DNA of 64,000 nt, from positions 4,321-68,320 of the forward strand of contig JACRKU010000024.1 of the NCBI GenBank assembly GCA_016215205.1. The letters are read 5' to 3'. The position numbers were made by a program, and so were the translations under genes. This document shows, piece after piece, positions 36,328 through 46,130 of this stretch (positions are counted from its first letter, which is position 1; the number at the start of each line of letters is the position of its first letter). Origin of the DNA: Candidatus Yonathbacteria bacterium (GTDB lineage Bacteria; Patescibacteriota; Minisyncoccia; Phycocordibacterales; UBA1550). The notes under the pieces are model-generated. The model did no database searches. It worked only from the letters and a program-made list of their open reading frames with translations, and had not been told where the DNA came from.

Positions 36328-37335
36328 CTATAATATGTTAGATGAGTTAAATAAAACATCAATCCCAGATACGGTTAAACCAAAATGTACTCTTTTGAAA
36401 TCATTAAGTTTTAATCCCTTCGCTTTCTTCTCCAAAGCTTCTTGAATTTTTTCCTGTGTCCCTGGTTCTGCCATAAAAAGCAAGCACCCCCCGCCACCCG
36501 CGCCTAAAATCTTGCCGCCCCAAGCCCCCGCCTTTATGGCCGTCTCGTACAATGCATCGGTTGAATCATTTGTGACAGATGAAGCAAGGGTCTTTTTTCT
36601 CTGCCATGCTTCATGAAGCATCTCTCCCATACCTCGTAAATCTTGCGATAATAACTTATCCCTAAAAACAAGAACGGAGTCAGACATTTTTTTGTAGGTT
36701 TCAAAATTATCATCAATTTTTTTCTTTTGCCCAGAAAGGACGCTACTTGCCGATCTTGTCATCCCAGTAAAAAAAAGCATCATGTGGTTTTCAAACTTTG
36801 ACTTGAATTTAAAATCCATAAATACTGGCTCCACAGAAACGGTTCCATCCGTATTAAAAGTAATGACGTTTAATCCGCCATACGCTGCTGCATATTGATC
36901 CTGCTTACCGATTGGCTCTTTCAAAATATCTATTTCAAGTTCGCATGCAGCTTGTGCTGTTTCTTCTTTACTAATCTTTTTGCCTTTAATTGAATAAAGG
37001 GCTTTCATTAGGGCGACAGTAAAAGAAGAGGATGACCCGAGACCAGTTTTTGCAGGTAAATCAGCAAAAGAAGCGATTTCAATCCCTTTTGGGATTTCCA
37101 TTTTTACTAAGGCTTCTTTGAATCGAGTGTGGGATATCTCTAAAACATCTTCAACAGTTTCTGTTTTAGAATATTTCATAATGAAATTACCAAAGTTGCC
37201 GGTGTGGGCAACTATATAAACAAATTTATCTATGCTTGTAGACAAAACTCGCCCCGGGTAACGAGAATAAAATTCTTTTATATCGGTTCCGCCTCCAACA
37301 AAACTAATTCTAAGCGGGGCTCGTGTAATAATCAT
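36328..37335 (-). CDS. hddA: GHMP-family D-glycero-alpha-D-manno-heptose 7-phosphate kinase
   Basis: 335 aa; MIITRAPLRISFVGGGTD N-terminus and PAKTGLGSSSSF (GHMP motif II) as in HddA of the GDP-heptose pathway. Confidence 0.75.
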   Translation of the reverse strand: MIITRAPLRISFVGGGTDIKEFYSRYPGRVLSTSIDKFVYIVAHTGNFGNFIMKYSKTETVEDVLEISHTRFKEALVKMEIPKGIEIASFADLPAKTGLGSSSSFTVALMKALYSIKGKKISKEETAQAACELEIDILKEPIGKQDQYAAAYGGLNVITFNTDGTVSVEPVFMDFKFKSKFENHMMLFFTGMTRSASSVLSGQKKKIDDNFETYKKMSDSVLVFRDKLLSQDLRGMGEMLHEAWQRKKTLASSVTNDSTDALYETAIKAGAWGGKILGAGGGGCLLFMAEPGTQEKIQEALEKKAKGLKLNDFKRVHFGLTVSGIDVLFNSSNIL

Positions 37336-37370
37336 AATCTATGTAAGTGATTTAAGGCTTGTTTTACAAG

Positions 37371-38087
37371 CTAAATTGATATGCCTTGGGCATCATTATA
37401 GCTTTCTGGGGTGCCAATATCAAGTAAAATTTCATCCATTTTATATACATACATTTCCTCATTTTTGACAAGTAGATAAGGAAAAATGTCGTGTCCAAAA
37501 TCAAGGGGTGTTTTATCAATAGAATTTAGATACTTAAAAATTCTACTGTTTAAAACATAAATGCCTGCATTGGCATATTTACTAATAATCTTGTTAGATC
37601 TTGGCTTTTCTATAAATTTAAGTATCTTACCATTCTCGTTAAAACTTATGATGCCTTTGCCTTCTGGATGCTCCTCCACATAAGAAGCAATCGTTGCGAT
37701 ACCATTTTTTTCTTTATGTGCCGCTATCAATTTTCCATAGTTTATATTTGTCAGATTATCACCATACACAACCAAAAAATCATCCTCGCCCTTAAAAAAG
37801 GGGGCGTTTTTTTTCAAAGTGCCGGCACTTCCTAAGAGCTCCTTTTCAAAAGCTATCTGTATAGTAAGTCCGTTAAATCTATCTCTATTATTTTTTACAA
37901 ACTCGTTTATCTGTTTATGCAAGTAATGAGTATTAATTAAAATATCTCTGACACCGTATTTATACAGACTTTCTAAATGATAAGAGAGTAGCGGTTTGCC
38001 ATTAATCGGCAATAATGACTTTGGTGTTGTTTCCGTAAGTTGCCGCAGTCTTGTCCCTAAGCCAGCAGATAAAATTAATGCTTTCAT
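37371..38087 (-). CDS. hddC: D-glycero-alpha-D-manno-heptose 1-phosphate guanylyltransferase-like nucleotidyltransferase
   Basis: 238 aa; MKALILSAGLGTRLRQLT nucleotide-binding loop. It is positioned with gmhA/gmhB/hddA, consistent with HddC. Confidence 0.7.
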   Translation of the reverse strand: MKALILSAGLGTRLRQLTETTPKSLLPINGKPLLSYHLESLYKYGVRDILINTHYLHKQINEFVKNNRDRFNGLTIQIAFEKELLGSAGTLKKNAPFFKGEDDFLVVYGDNLTNINYGKLIAAHKEKNGIATIASYVEEHPEGKGIISFNENGKILKFIEKPRSNKIISKYANAGIYVLNSRIFKYLNSIDKTPLDFGHDIFPYLLVKNEEMYVYKMDEILLDIGTPESYNDAQGISI

Positions 38088-38102
38088 TTTTATTGTTTTA
38101 GT

Positions 38103-40022
38103 TTATCTTATTGCATTTACCATCATGTTCTCTGGTTTTTCATTTTTATAATGATGAAATGAAATAGACTTGTACTTATTTGCGTATTGTTTTGTTAACG
38201 CTGATAACGGGAGCAACTTTTCTCTTGGTAGAGCCGTGTTATAAAAAGGAGTGAAGCAAATCTCTGATGGATAATTTCTCTTCATCCAGTTTGCGTATGT
38301 GTCATAATCAGAAACACACGAGGGCTCCTTCTGATCTATTGTTGACAAATACACCTTATCCCACGTTGCACCATGTAGATCCCCAATACGCTTCTTCATC
38401 TCTTTAAGTCTCTCGCAATCAAAAATCATCATATGCGCTGTATAGGAGAGCGTATTATTGCTTGAGTACCCAAATAATTTTTTAAACGCTCTAAAATACT
38501 GGTCATGCCATTCCTCACTTTGCAAAAATACATCCTTTCCATTTTTAATAAACGAATGTGGTTTAATTAAAATAGTATCAGAATCTAAAATAAAATACTT
38601 TTTTTGTGTTACGAATATGTCTCCTGATAGCTTCAATAATTGCTGAAATATCCACCCGCTTCTATCCTTCCCGTTTACTACATAATTAATAAAATCTTTC
38701 CCGTACCCCAAAACGGAAACCTCATCTACAAAAACATAATTATGCTTTTCGCAAAATTCCAGCATTTCCTTATTTTTTTGAGAGACAATATAGAAATTAG
38801 AAATCTTGTGCTTCAGATTTTCCTTTATAGATTCTATAACTTCCCCAACTAATGTATAGTCTTTTGACACAGTAGGGATAACCACATCAATAATCTCTGA
38901 TTGGGTATGCAAATCAATCTCGTTAAATTCAACCTTAAAAACTTTTCTTATCTTCAAAAAAAGAAAGGCGGAAATGAGAAAAGGGTTCCATTCTCTTGAT
39001 TTGCATAAATTTATAAATACATCAACCTTTTTGATAAATGTAAAAATCATTCCAATACCAGCTTTAAATAAAATTGTTGTCCTTTTTTTTATTCTCATCA
39101 TAATCCCTTTTATGCTCGCGCGTTTTATATACTTTCTATTGTGAAATAATGTCTTATCTTTTTTACGGGCAGGCGTCAAAAAGGCTGCGTAATTTTCGTT
39201 AAGTATGTTTCCTTTTTTCTTTAACTCCTCAAAAAGATTTCGCGAGAAATCCTGACAATCAAACTTCAGGATGAAGTTTTGTGCTTCGGCATTAAACAAC
39301 GACAAGTGCTCTGACAAAATATCCTGCCAATTATAATTTATCTTTCCAGAATCAGATTCCCTAATATAATAGGATTTTTTGTATTGTACCCTGTGCAGAT
39401 ACGAAGCCTCCGGGCAAGTATAAGCAACAAGTCCGCTAGCGAGAAATCTCCATGCAAACCCCTGTGTATCAAAACCGTGTTCCGTGGGGTACCCGCCCGC
39501 AATAACAAAAGCTCTTTTAGTATGCATGAATGTTGAATAGAGAGGGCACATAATTCCATCCTTTTGCAAAAGGCTTTCAAAGGGTATTTTTTCTCCTGCA
39601 AAACTAAAAATATCTACGCGCTCAATATCATTAGTATTTCTCCCCCTAAACTTGATTGATTTATGAATACCCACCCCATCACATTTTTTCTCATTCATAA
39701 ATTTGAACATTCTGGAAAGAGTGTCCTGTGGGAGGATATCATCGCTATCAAGGCAAAAAATAATTTCTGCGCTTGTGTGACTGACAGCGGTGTTCCTTGT
39801 TGCTCCGCCACCTCTATTTTTATCATGGTAAAAAATCTTAATTTCAGAATGCTTATTTGCGAGCTCCTTCATCACCGTCTTTGTGCTATCAGTTGACCAA
39901 TCATCCACCATTATGATTTCAAAATTCCGCAGACCTTGAACATAGCAGGATTCCACTGCCTCCTCAAGAGTTTCAGCGCAATTGAAGCAGGGGATTACTA
40001 TTGAAATATCTTTTTTAGGCAT
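38103..40022 (-). CDS. Two-domain glycosyltransferase: N-terminal GT2 domain + uncharacterised C-terminal domain of about 350 aa
   Basis: Start moved to the ATG (MPKKDISIVIPCFN...). GT2 blocks IVIPCFN, MVDDWSTD, DSDD. The C-terminal half (from about aa 300) has no recognised motif. Confidence 0.7.
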   Translation of the reverse strand: MPKKDISIVIPCFNCAETLEEAVESCYVQGLRNFEIIMVDDWSTDSTKTVMKELANKHSEIKIFYHDKNRGGGATRNTAVSHTSAEIIFCLDSDDILPQDTLSRMFKFMNEKKCDGVGIHKSIKFRGRNTNDIERVDIFSFAGEKIPFESLLQKDGIMCPLYSTFMHTKRAFVIAGGYPTEHGFDTQGFAWRFLASGLVAYTCPEASYLHRVQYKKSYYIRESDSGKINYNWQDILSEHLSLFNAEAQNFILKFDCQDFSRNLFEELKKKGNILNENYAAFLTPARKKDKTLFHNRKYIKRASIKGIMMRIKKRTTILFKAGIGMIFTFIKKVDVFINLCKSREWNPFLISAFLFLKIRKVFKVEFNEIDLHTQSEIIDVVIPTVSKDYTLVGEVIESIKENLKHKISNFYIVSQKNKEMLEFCEKHNYVFVDEVSVLGYGKDFINYVVNGKDRSGWIFQQLLKLSGDIFVTQKKYFILDSDTILIKPHSFIKNGKDVFLQSEEWHDQYFRAFKKLFGYSSNNTLSYTAHMMIFDCERLKEMKKRIGDLHGATWDKVYLSTIDQKEPSCVSDYDTYANWMKRNYPSEICFTPFYNTALPREKLLPLSALTKQYANKYKSISFHHYKNEKPENMMVNAIR

Positions 40023-41064
40023 AATCTTTGTGAATACCAATAACACCTCCAAGACTTTCTAAATCCGCTTTTGTAATTATTTCTACCAATTCATCAAAGG
40101 TCACCTTTGGTTCCCATTTAAGAACTTTCTTTGCGCGAGAACTATCTCCTAGCACACTATTTACTTCATTCGGTCTATAGTATTTTGGGTTAATTCTTAA
40201 AATAATTTTCCCTGAGGAATCTTTAGCAACTTCTTTAAGCCCCTTTCCATGCCATGTTATTTTCATATCAAGAGCGTTTGCTGTTGCATTCACAAAATCC
40301 CTGACCGAATGGCTTTCACCGGTTGAAATAACAAAATCTTGCGGGGTTTTTTGCTGAAGCATCAACCACATAGCCTCAACATAATCTTTTGCATATCCCC
40401 AATCTCGCTTTGCGTCAAGATTACCAAGCTCAAACGAGTCCTGAAGGCCTAACTTTATTTTTACCATTGAATGAGTAATTTTCCTAGTTACAAAGTTTCT
40501 GCCTCGTCGGGGAGATTCGTGGTTGAAAAGAATCCCTGCGCAGATAAAAAAATTATGTCGTTTCCTATATTCAACAACGTAATCATTGTGAGCTTTTACC
40601 TTCGATTCTGCGTATGGACTTACTGGATTAAAAGGAGTTGTTTCTTTTTGTGGTGTTTCAAGCACATTCCCAAACATTTCAGAGGATGATGCCTGATATA
40701 TCCTTACCTGCGGATTTAAGTGAGTCGCCTCGCTAACTAATCTACCAAATCCATTATAATTGACCTCCATGGTTTCTTCTGGACACTGAAAAGAAACTCC
40801 GACTTGAGATTGCGCTCCTAGGTTATATATTTCATCTGGTCTTGATTCTTCTAGCGCTCGGATAATAGAATTATTATCCCTCATGTCACCGTAAATAATT
40901 TTTATCATGCGGTCCAAAGATAACCTCTCAATTCTCATTAATGGATCGGTGCTTGCTGGTCTCACAAGGCCATACACTTTATATCTCTTCTTTAACAAAA
41001 ATTCAGCAAGATAAGAGCCGTCCTGGCCGGTAATGCCTGTAATTAAGGCTCTTTTTTGTTTCAT
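40015..41064 (-). CDS. Second GDP-sugar 4,6-dehydratase paralogue (Gmd family; candidate GDP-manno-heptose 4,6-dehydratase DmhA-like)
   Basis: 349 aa; [29 protein letters not shown] (YxxxK), NHESPRRG. Clearly homologous to Gmd at 26187 but divergent (not a recent duplicate). Directly upstream of the GDP-heptose genes. Confidence 0.8.
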   Translation of the reverse strand: MKQKRALITGITGQDGSYLAEFLLKKRYKVYGLVRPASTDPLMRIERLSLDRMIKIIYGDMRDNNSIIRALEESRPDEIYNLGAQSQVGVSFQCPEETMEVNYNGFGRLVSEATHLNPQVRIYQASSSEMFGNVLETPQKETTPFNPVSPYAESKVKAHNDYVVEYRKRHNFFICAGILFNHESPRRGRNFVTRKITHSMVKIKLGLQDSFELGNLDAKRDWGYAKDYVEAMWLMLQQKTPQDFVISTGESHSVRDFVNATANALDMKITWHGKGLKEVAKDSSGKIILRINPKYYRPNEVNSVLGDSSRAKKVLKWEPKVTFDELVEIITKADLESLGGVIGIHKDYA

Positions 41065-41072
41065 GGGCTTGA

Positions 41073-41774
41073 TTATAGCATTTCAAAAACTATCAAGCCA
41101 ACGCTTTCTGGTGGCTTAACTTCTTTGTATACTCTCCATTTTCCACCCCTCAACAGTATAGGCTTTAGCTCTCTCGTCTTTTCTGTATTCCAATCGTGCA
41201 CCATAAGTATGGTTCCTTTATGGAAAAATGGCAGGAAATAATTATATTGCGAAAGAGTTTGATTACTATCCTCTGCGCCATCAAGAAAGGCGCAATCAAC
41301 ACGTACATATAATTTTATAATTTTATCAAAATCCTGCGCTTTGTCGCCAAACATAAATTCAACATGTTTTGCAACTACTGGTATTTTTTCTGCATAATAT
41401 TTCTTGGCCTTATTATAAAAATATGGATCATTTTCCAGTGTTACAAGATGACCCGACCCAACACTTTCAAAAGCTTTTGAAATAAAATAGGTGCTTCCGC
41501 CTCCAGTGTACGTACCTACCTCAAAACAGTGGCGTGGTTTCTTTTCTTTGATTACATCAAATAATACTTTTCTTTCTGCAATATACATTTGTCCAGGAAG
41601 AGCGAGTGAGCCTTCAAAGAAGAAACGTCTTTTTTTATCCCAAAATGACCTAATAAAAATAAGATAAATAAGCATTTCAAGCACGGTTAACTCATGAAAG
41701 TTGTGCGTAAGTTTTTCCTTGAAGTTTGGCGTTATTTTGAGCCCTTTGATTACAAATAATATTTTGTTTTTCAT
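41073..41774 (-). CDS. Class I SAM-dependent methyltransferase (TylF/MycF or Methyltransf_24-like sugar O-methyltransferase)
   Basis: 233 aa; CFEVGTYTGGGSTYF glycine-rich SAM loop and FLDGAED/HDW blocks reminiscent of macrocin-O-MTase-like enzymes. Confidence 0.55.
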   Translation of the reverse strand: MKNKILFVIKGLKITPNFKEKLTHNFHELTVLEMLIYLIFIRSFWDKKRRFFFEGSLALPGQMYIAERKVLFDVIKEKKPRHCFEVGTYTGGGSTYFISKAFESVGSGHLVTLENDPYFYNKAKKYYAEKIPVVAKHVEFMFGDKAQDFDKIIKLYVRVDCAFLDGAEDSNQTLSQYNYFLPFFHKGTILMVHDWNTEKTRELKPILLRGGKWRVYKEVKPPESVGLIVFEML

Positions 41775-41775
41775 A

Positions 41776-42666
41776 TTAATCTTTTGCGTTCCTTATCTTA
41801 TCAGTCCAATAGTCCATATACAATAGGGCCTGATTTGAACCCTTTTTTATGTTTTCAAATTTATTCTCAATATCCTTTTCACTAAGACCGTCTAGATCAT
41901 GCCAATCTTTGACCAACCAAAGAGGTATTCCCAGTTTTTCAAAATAATCTATTGTTACAGAACTTTTTACCACCGGTACAACGCCGAGATACAAAGCATC
42001 CCACGTCCTATGCCCCTCCACGCACGAACCAGGCGGTGAAGCAACAAATTTATAGGTTGCGAGCAAGCATAAATAATTATAAAAATTAAGCCATCTCTTA
42101 ACAGTCTCCGCTAGTGGATTACTTTTTAAAACATCCAGTGCCACTTGTCTTTCGTTTGTATTTGTTGACACAGTGAAACCGTAAAAAATACGGTTCATTT
42201 TAGTAATTTGTTTTTTAGTTACATTATTAAATATTGCGGGGATCCCCGTAACATACCAATGCTTATTTTCGATTCCTAGCGGAATAGGGACAACTCTTGG
42301 ATCAACTACTAAAACATTTATACCATACCATTTTAAAATTTTATCATCTGAAAGATCCAGTACTTCCTGACCTACAACAGCATCACCATTGTGGGTAATT
42401 AAAATGTAGGGATGTTTTATCTCTGGGTGAATCTCCGTAAGAAATTTTTTTATCTTACTATCACCAACAAAAACAATGTTTCTTTCTTTTATATCCGCAG
42501 GATTAAAAGTTTTAAGATCGTCATATACATAGTCTGCAAAGTTGCGAAAACCGTCACCCGTCACATATGGATAACTTGATGGCCGCGGGTTAGATGAATA
42601 CTTTATTAAAATACGCCCTGCAATGCGGTATATACGAAAGATGAGGTCAAGTAATTTCTGTATCAT
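41776..42666 (-). CDS. Hypothetical protein (candidate novel glycosyltransferase)
   Basis: 296 aa, no recognised family; translationally coupled within the operon. Confidence 0.55.
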   Translation of the reverse strand: MIQKLLDLIFRIYRIAGRILIKYSSNPRPSSYPYVTGDGFRNFADYVYDDLKTFNPADIKERNIVFVGDSKIKKFLTEIHPEIKHPYILITHNGDAVVGQEVLDLSDDKILKWYGINVLVVDPRVVPIPLGIENKHWYVTGIPAIFNNVTKKQITKMNRIFYGFTVSTNTNERQVALDVLKSNPLAETVKRWLNFYNYLCLLATYKFVASPPGSCVEGHRTWDALYLGVVPVVKSSVTIDYFEKLGIPLWLVKDWHDLDGLSEKDIENKFENIKKGSNQALLYMDYWTDKIRNAKD

Positions 42667-43553
42667 AGTCCTTTTATTAGTAATGTAACATAGCGTGCCA
42701 CTTTATTATAAAATATGACGACTCTAATTAGTTTTTTATAAATAAAAACAGGAATGTATTCTCTTATTCCTGTACGAAAAGCTAACTTCCAATGTGGTAT
42801 TTCAACCGTGGAAGCCACTGGTCTAAGAACTCTTTTGGAATAGAGATCTCTTGACTGAAGAGAGTAACCTTCACCACCGTCATCAATTGAGGCAAAGAGC
42901 TCATATTTTGGAATAGCGTAATGAATGGGCAACCACTGAACCTCTTCTGCTCCCTTTTCAAAATCAAGAGGTGTTTTTTTGGGATAGCTCCGCAATACTG
43001 GAGCGCCTCTTTTAATAATTTTTTTAAATAGGCTCGTTGCGAATATGCCAAGCATGCTTATTATGTAAGCTGAGTATTTTTCATTTATTCTATGATTTGC
43101 TTCTTGATCAAGAATAAAGCTGAAAATATTTTTTGATTCCTTCTTTTTTACATCACGATAAATTTCCAATGGTCGACCAGAAAACCACCAAGAATGAGTC
43201 AAATACTCTGCCCCCGTTGATTTCATCTCACTAATAATCTCCTTATACCTAGTAACATCCACCTGATTTACATGATCTTCAACCCAGAATAAGATGAAAT
43301 CTGTATCAATAATATCGATCATTTGTTTTGTATCATCGAACCACCCTTCTTTGCTATCAAGTGCATAAGAAATTAACTTTTGTTTCAAATTGCTGCGCAA
43401 AAAGATCATTGCATCTTCTTTAAATTCCCCCCTAATATTAATTACCCATTTCTGAGCCTCTATATCTTTAAATGAAAGGAAGGAGTCTTTCATTCTTAAA
43501 AACCGCTCTTCGTCGTTAACATAAAAATTAGCGAAGATGCTTAGAGTTGCCAT
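42663..43553 (-). CDS. Hypothetical protein (candidate novel glycosyltransferase or modifying enzyme)
   Basis: 296 aa, no recognised family; ATGA overlap with the downstream gene. Confidence 0.55.
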   Translation of the reverse strand: MATLSIFANFYVNDEERFLRMKDSFLSFKDIEAQKWVINIRGEFKEDAMIFLRSNLKQKLISYALDSKEGWFDDTKQMIDIIDTDFILFWVEDHVNQVDVTRYKEIISEMKSTGAEYLTHSWWFSGRPLEIYRDVKKKESKNIFSFILDQEANHRINEKYSAYIISMLGIFATSLFKKIIKRGAPVLRSYPKKTPLDFEKGAEEVQWLPIHYAIPKYELFASIDDGGEGYSLQSRDLYSKRVLRPVASTVEIPHWKLAFRTGIREYIPVFIYKKLIRVVIFYNKVARYVTLLIKGL

Positions 43554-43556
43554 ATT

Positions 43557-44702
43557 TTACCAGAAAGTCACCTGTGGGTTTATATTCTCAAGAATATCTT
43601 TTTTAATTTCTTCATCATAACCCCCTGCCCTCAAAATCACATTTACTGGACCCTTGTTTTTGAGTACCCTAGGCGATTCTATCACAAAATTAGTACCGTA
43701 CAATCTTTTACCTTGCTTAATTGGGCTATTATCTAAAATAGCGATAATTTTATCAGTCTTGAGCCCAAATTGAATTAAGGTCTGTGAAAATATATGCGCC
43801 CCAAATAAATAAATTGGTTGATCACTTTTTTCTATTAAACTATTCAGATCACTAATCATGTCGAGATGGTAGTTTATATAACCCATAAATACCTTCTTGT
43901 ACTCCTCGTACTTATTCTCTATTGAAGCTGGTGCAAGCGGAACATCAGTTTTTTCTGTAGCATAAAATATACTATGGGGGTCTCCGTAATATTGCTTTTC
44001 CAAAATAACAAAACCGTATTTCTCTAGTATGTATTCCGTAAAGTATTCAGTTAAAAAAACTGTATGCTCAAAATTTATGCAATTTGTCCAGTTTAATTTG
44101 AGCATCGGCATAAGGTTAGGAAATGTGAAGATATGTTTGTCTCCATTTTTCATAAACTTTGAGATATGCTCGATAAAAACTATCGGATTATATGTATGCT
44201 CAAATACATGCGAATGAATAATTGTATCAAAATGTTCATCTATGACAAATTTATCATCAAACCAAGCCTTGATAACTTTTATTTGCGGATCGTCTATGTG
44301 TTCAGGGTTCGGCTCAACTATGGTCCATTTTATATTTTGATCAAGCGCACGATAATTTCTAGCTATCTGGTCGTGGGCTCCCCCTACTTCTAATATATTT
44401 TTCGGTTTATATTTATGAAGAAATTGCGCGAAAGCAGTATAATGCTCTTTCCATATTTTACCAGTGCCATCATTGTGCTGATTCTTGTATAAGATTTCCA
44501 GAGGGATTAATTTTCGGAGCTGGATCAATCCAGTATCCTTACAAATGTCCCAAATCATATCAGCTACGATGTCCTCATCTTCTGGACTATCAACGCACCC
44601 CATAAACACAGGGAAATTCTCAAGTGTGTGCAAGTGCTCTAAATTATCCCCGCTGGCAAGCAAGCTTTTTGTTCTTTCATTAAACGTAGCGAGTTTTTTC
44701 AT
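43557..44702 (-). CDS. SAM-dependent methyltransferase, two-domain (possible sugar C-/O-methyltransferase, TylC3/NovU-like architecture)
   Basis: 381 aa; central ILEVGGAHDQ SAM loop and HSHVFEH block, with an extra C-terminal domain of about 150 aa as in C-methyltransferases. Confidence 0.5.
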   Translation of the reverse strand: MKKLATFNERTKSLLASGDNLEHLHTLENFPVFMGCVDSPEDEDIVADMIWDICKDTGLIQLRKLIPLEILYKNQHNDGTGKIWKEHYTAFAQFLHKYKPKNILEVGGAHDQIARNYRALDQNIKWTIVEPNPEHIDDPQIKVIKAWFDDKFVIDEHFDTIIHSHVFEHTYNPIVFIEHISKFMKNGDKHIFTFPNLMPMLKLNWTNCINFEHTVFLTEYFTEYILEKYGFVILEKQYYGDPHSIFYATEKTDVPLAPASIENKYEEYKKVFMGYINYHLDMISDLNSLIEKSDQPIYLFGAHIFSQTLIQFGLKTDKIIAILDNSPIKQGKRLYGTNFVIESPRVLKNKGPVNVILRAGGYDEEIKKDILENINPQVTFW

Positions 44703-44713
44703 ACACCGTTGTA

Positions 44714-45106
44714 CTACTTCTGCTTGTGTTCGCTTTCAATCTTTCCATCAGGTCTTTGTGTATCATCCTCAATACGAACGACATCATCAACTTCTGGTGT
44801 TGAAACTTCCTGAAGAACAATGTCCGTTATTGCAATAACTCTATGCTTTTTTGGTGGAGCAACATTGAAAAAATCTCCTGCCTTCATCTGGAATTTTTCC
44901 ACAACGCCCTTATCGTTTTCTAGCCAAACCTCTGCTTCACCATCTATAATATAATTGGTTTCTCTTTTTTTATTATGATACTGGAAGCTTGTTCTCGTGC
45001 CCGCATTTATATAAATTCGCTTGTAGCAGTAGGAATCATTTAACTCAAGCCAAATTTCCTTCCCCCATGGTTTTGAAACCTCCTTAAACGGATTATTCTT
45101 GTACAT
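44714..45106 (-). CDS. Small PMI-type cupin protein (possible sugar isomerase/epimerase)
   Basis: 130 aa; KPWGKEIW...TSFQYHNKKRETNYIIDGEAEV follows the cupin_2/mannose-6-P-isomerase motif (PWG...S.Q.H..R.E...i..G). Confidence 0.6.
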   Translation of the reverse strand: MYKNNPFKEVSKPWGKEIWLELNDSYCYKRIYINAGTRTSFQYHNKKRETNYIIDGEAEVWLENDKGVVEKFQMKAGDFFNVAPPKKHRVIAITDIVLQEVSTPEVDDVVRIEDDTQRPDGKIESEHKQK

Positions 45107-46112
45107 AATGATTAATTACATCTGATATAATGTTTATAATTGACTCCTTTATATCCTCACGCTTAGCCAGCTCTTCAATTAGAAACATGTACTCTGGTGA
45201 GGCAAAATGATAATGTCCAGCAATAACAGAGCATAACATTTTATTGTCAGGAGTATTTTTATTCATCCATTTTTTCCATTTGCCGCCTTGATAAACTTTT
45301 TCTAAGAAATTATCTAATGATATTCCGTAAACAAGACATTTTGTTATAACAATTTGTGTTTGAATAACGCCAAGCTGTGGAGCGATATTTACGGCGTCAA
45401 CAATTCCGCCCCTCATCTTAATTTCATCCTTAGTTAGGTAGTCGGCGTTGTGCTCCTTTAATTTGAGCCCCTTGCTCTTGAGCATTCTTGATACATTTTC
45501 AACAAATGGCTTATTAAACGACCCAGCTTGATTAATTTCTTTAATTACTGTGCCGGTCTGAACCACATAAAACTCTGGTTCACAAAAACTTTTAAAGAAA
45601 TCAATCTCCCTCTCCCATTCAGCTAAATTGGGAAGACTGTAATTTGTTCCTGTATTCTCATCGGTACCTATCTCTATTTGAATAGATGGTTTCAATGATA
45701 GACAATGTAAAATTGCTTTTTTAGTTGCCTCTAACCTTTCACTATTTGTTCCTTTGAAATGACAAAAATCTATGTGAATTAAGTCAAAGCCGTTCTTAAT
45801 ATCATCCTCGATTGTTGAGTATGTATCTGTAATATCATAATTACCATTAAAACCTGGGCCACAATGGTCTCGGCAGATTTTAACCTCAGCATTTGGATTT
45901 TGCTTCCTCACCTCTCCTACAAACTCCATATATTCTTTAGTCGTCCAGTTATTTACATACCCTCCAGAATAATCTACTTGGTTTTTAGATGCAATAAGCA
46001 TCAGTGGTTTCCGGTTAAAATGGGAATACCTGAACACCGCCTCGACAATCTCTGGGCTCATCGGCCCAAGCGCTAAGGAAACTAAATTTTTGTTGTTTTT
46101 AACAGGTGTCAT
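45093..46112 (-). CDS. GatZ/KbaZ-family protein (tagatose-bisphosphate-aldolase accessory / ketose-6-phosphate 4-epimerase-like)
   Basis: 339 aa; LMLIASKNQVDYSGGYVNNWTTKEY, KICRDHCGPGF, DLIHIDFCH align block-by-block with E. coli KbaZ ([36 protein letters not shown]). It is shorter than KbaZ by about 90 aa. Confidence 0.65.
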   Translation of the reverse strand: MTPVKNNKNLVSLALGPMSPEIVEAVFRYSHFNRKPLMLIASKNQVDYSGGYVNNWTTKEYMEFVGEVRKQNPNAEVKICRDHCGPGFNGNYDITDTYSTIEDDIKNGFDLIHIDFCHFKGTNSERLEATKKAILHCLSLKPSIQIEIGTDENTGTNYSLPNLAEWEREIDFFKSFCEPEFYVVQTGTVIKEINQAGSFNKPFVENVSRMLKSKGLKLKEHNADYLTKDEIKMRGGIVDAVNIAPQLGVIQTQIVITKCLVYGISLDNFLEKVYQGGKWKKWMNKNTPDNKMLCSVIAGHYHFASPEYMFLIEELAKREDIKESIINIISDVINHYVQE

Positions 46113-46130
46113 AATCGTGATATTTTATCA

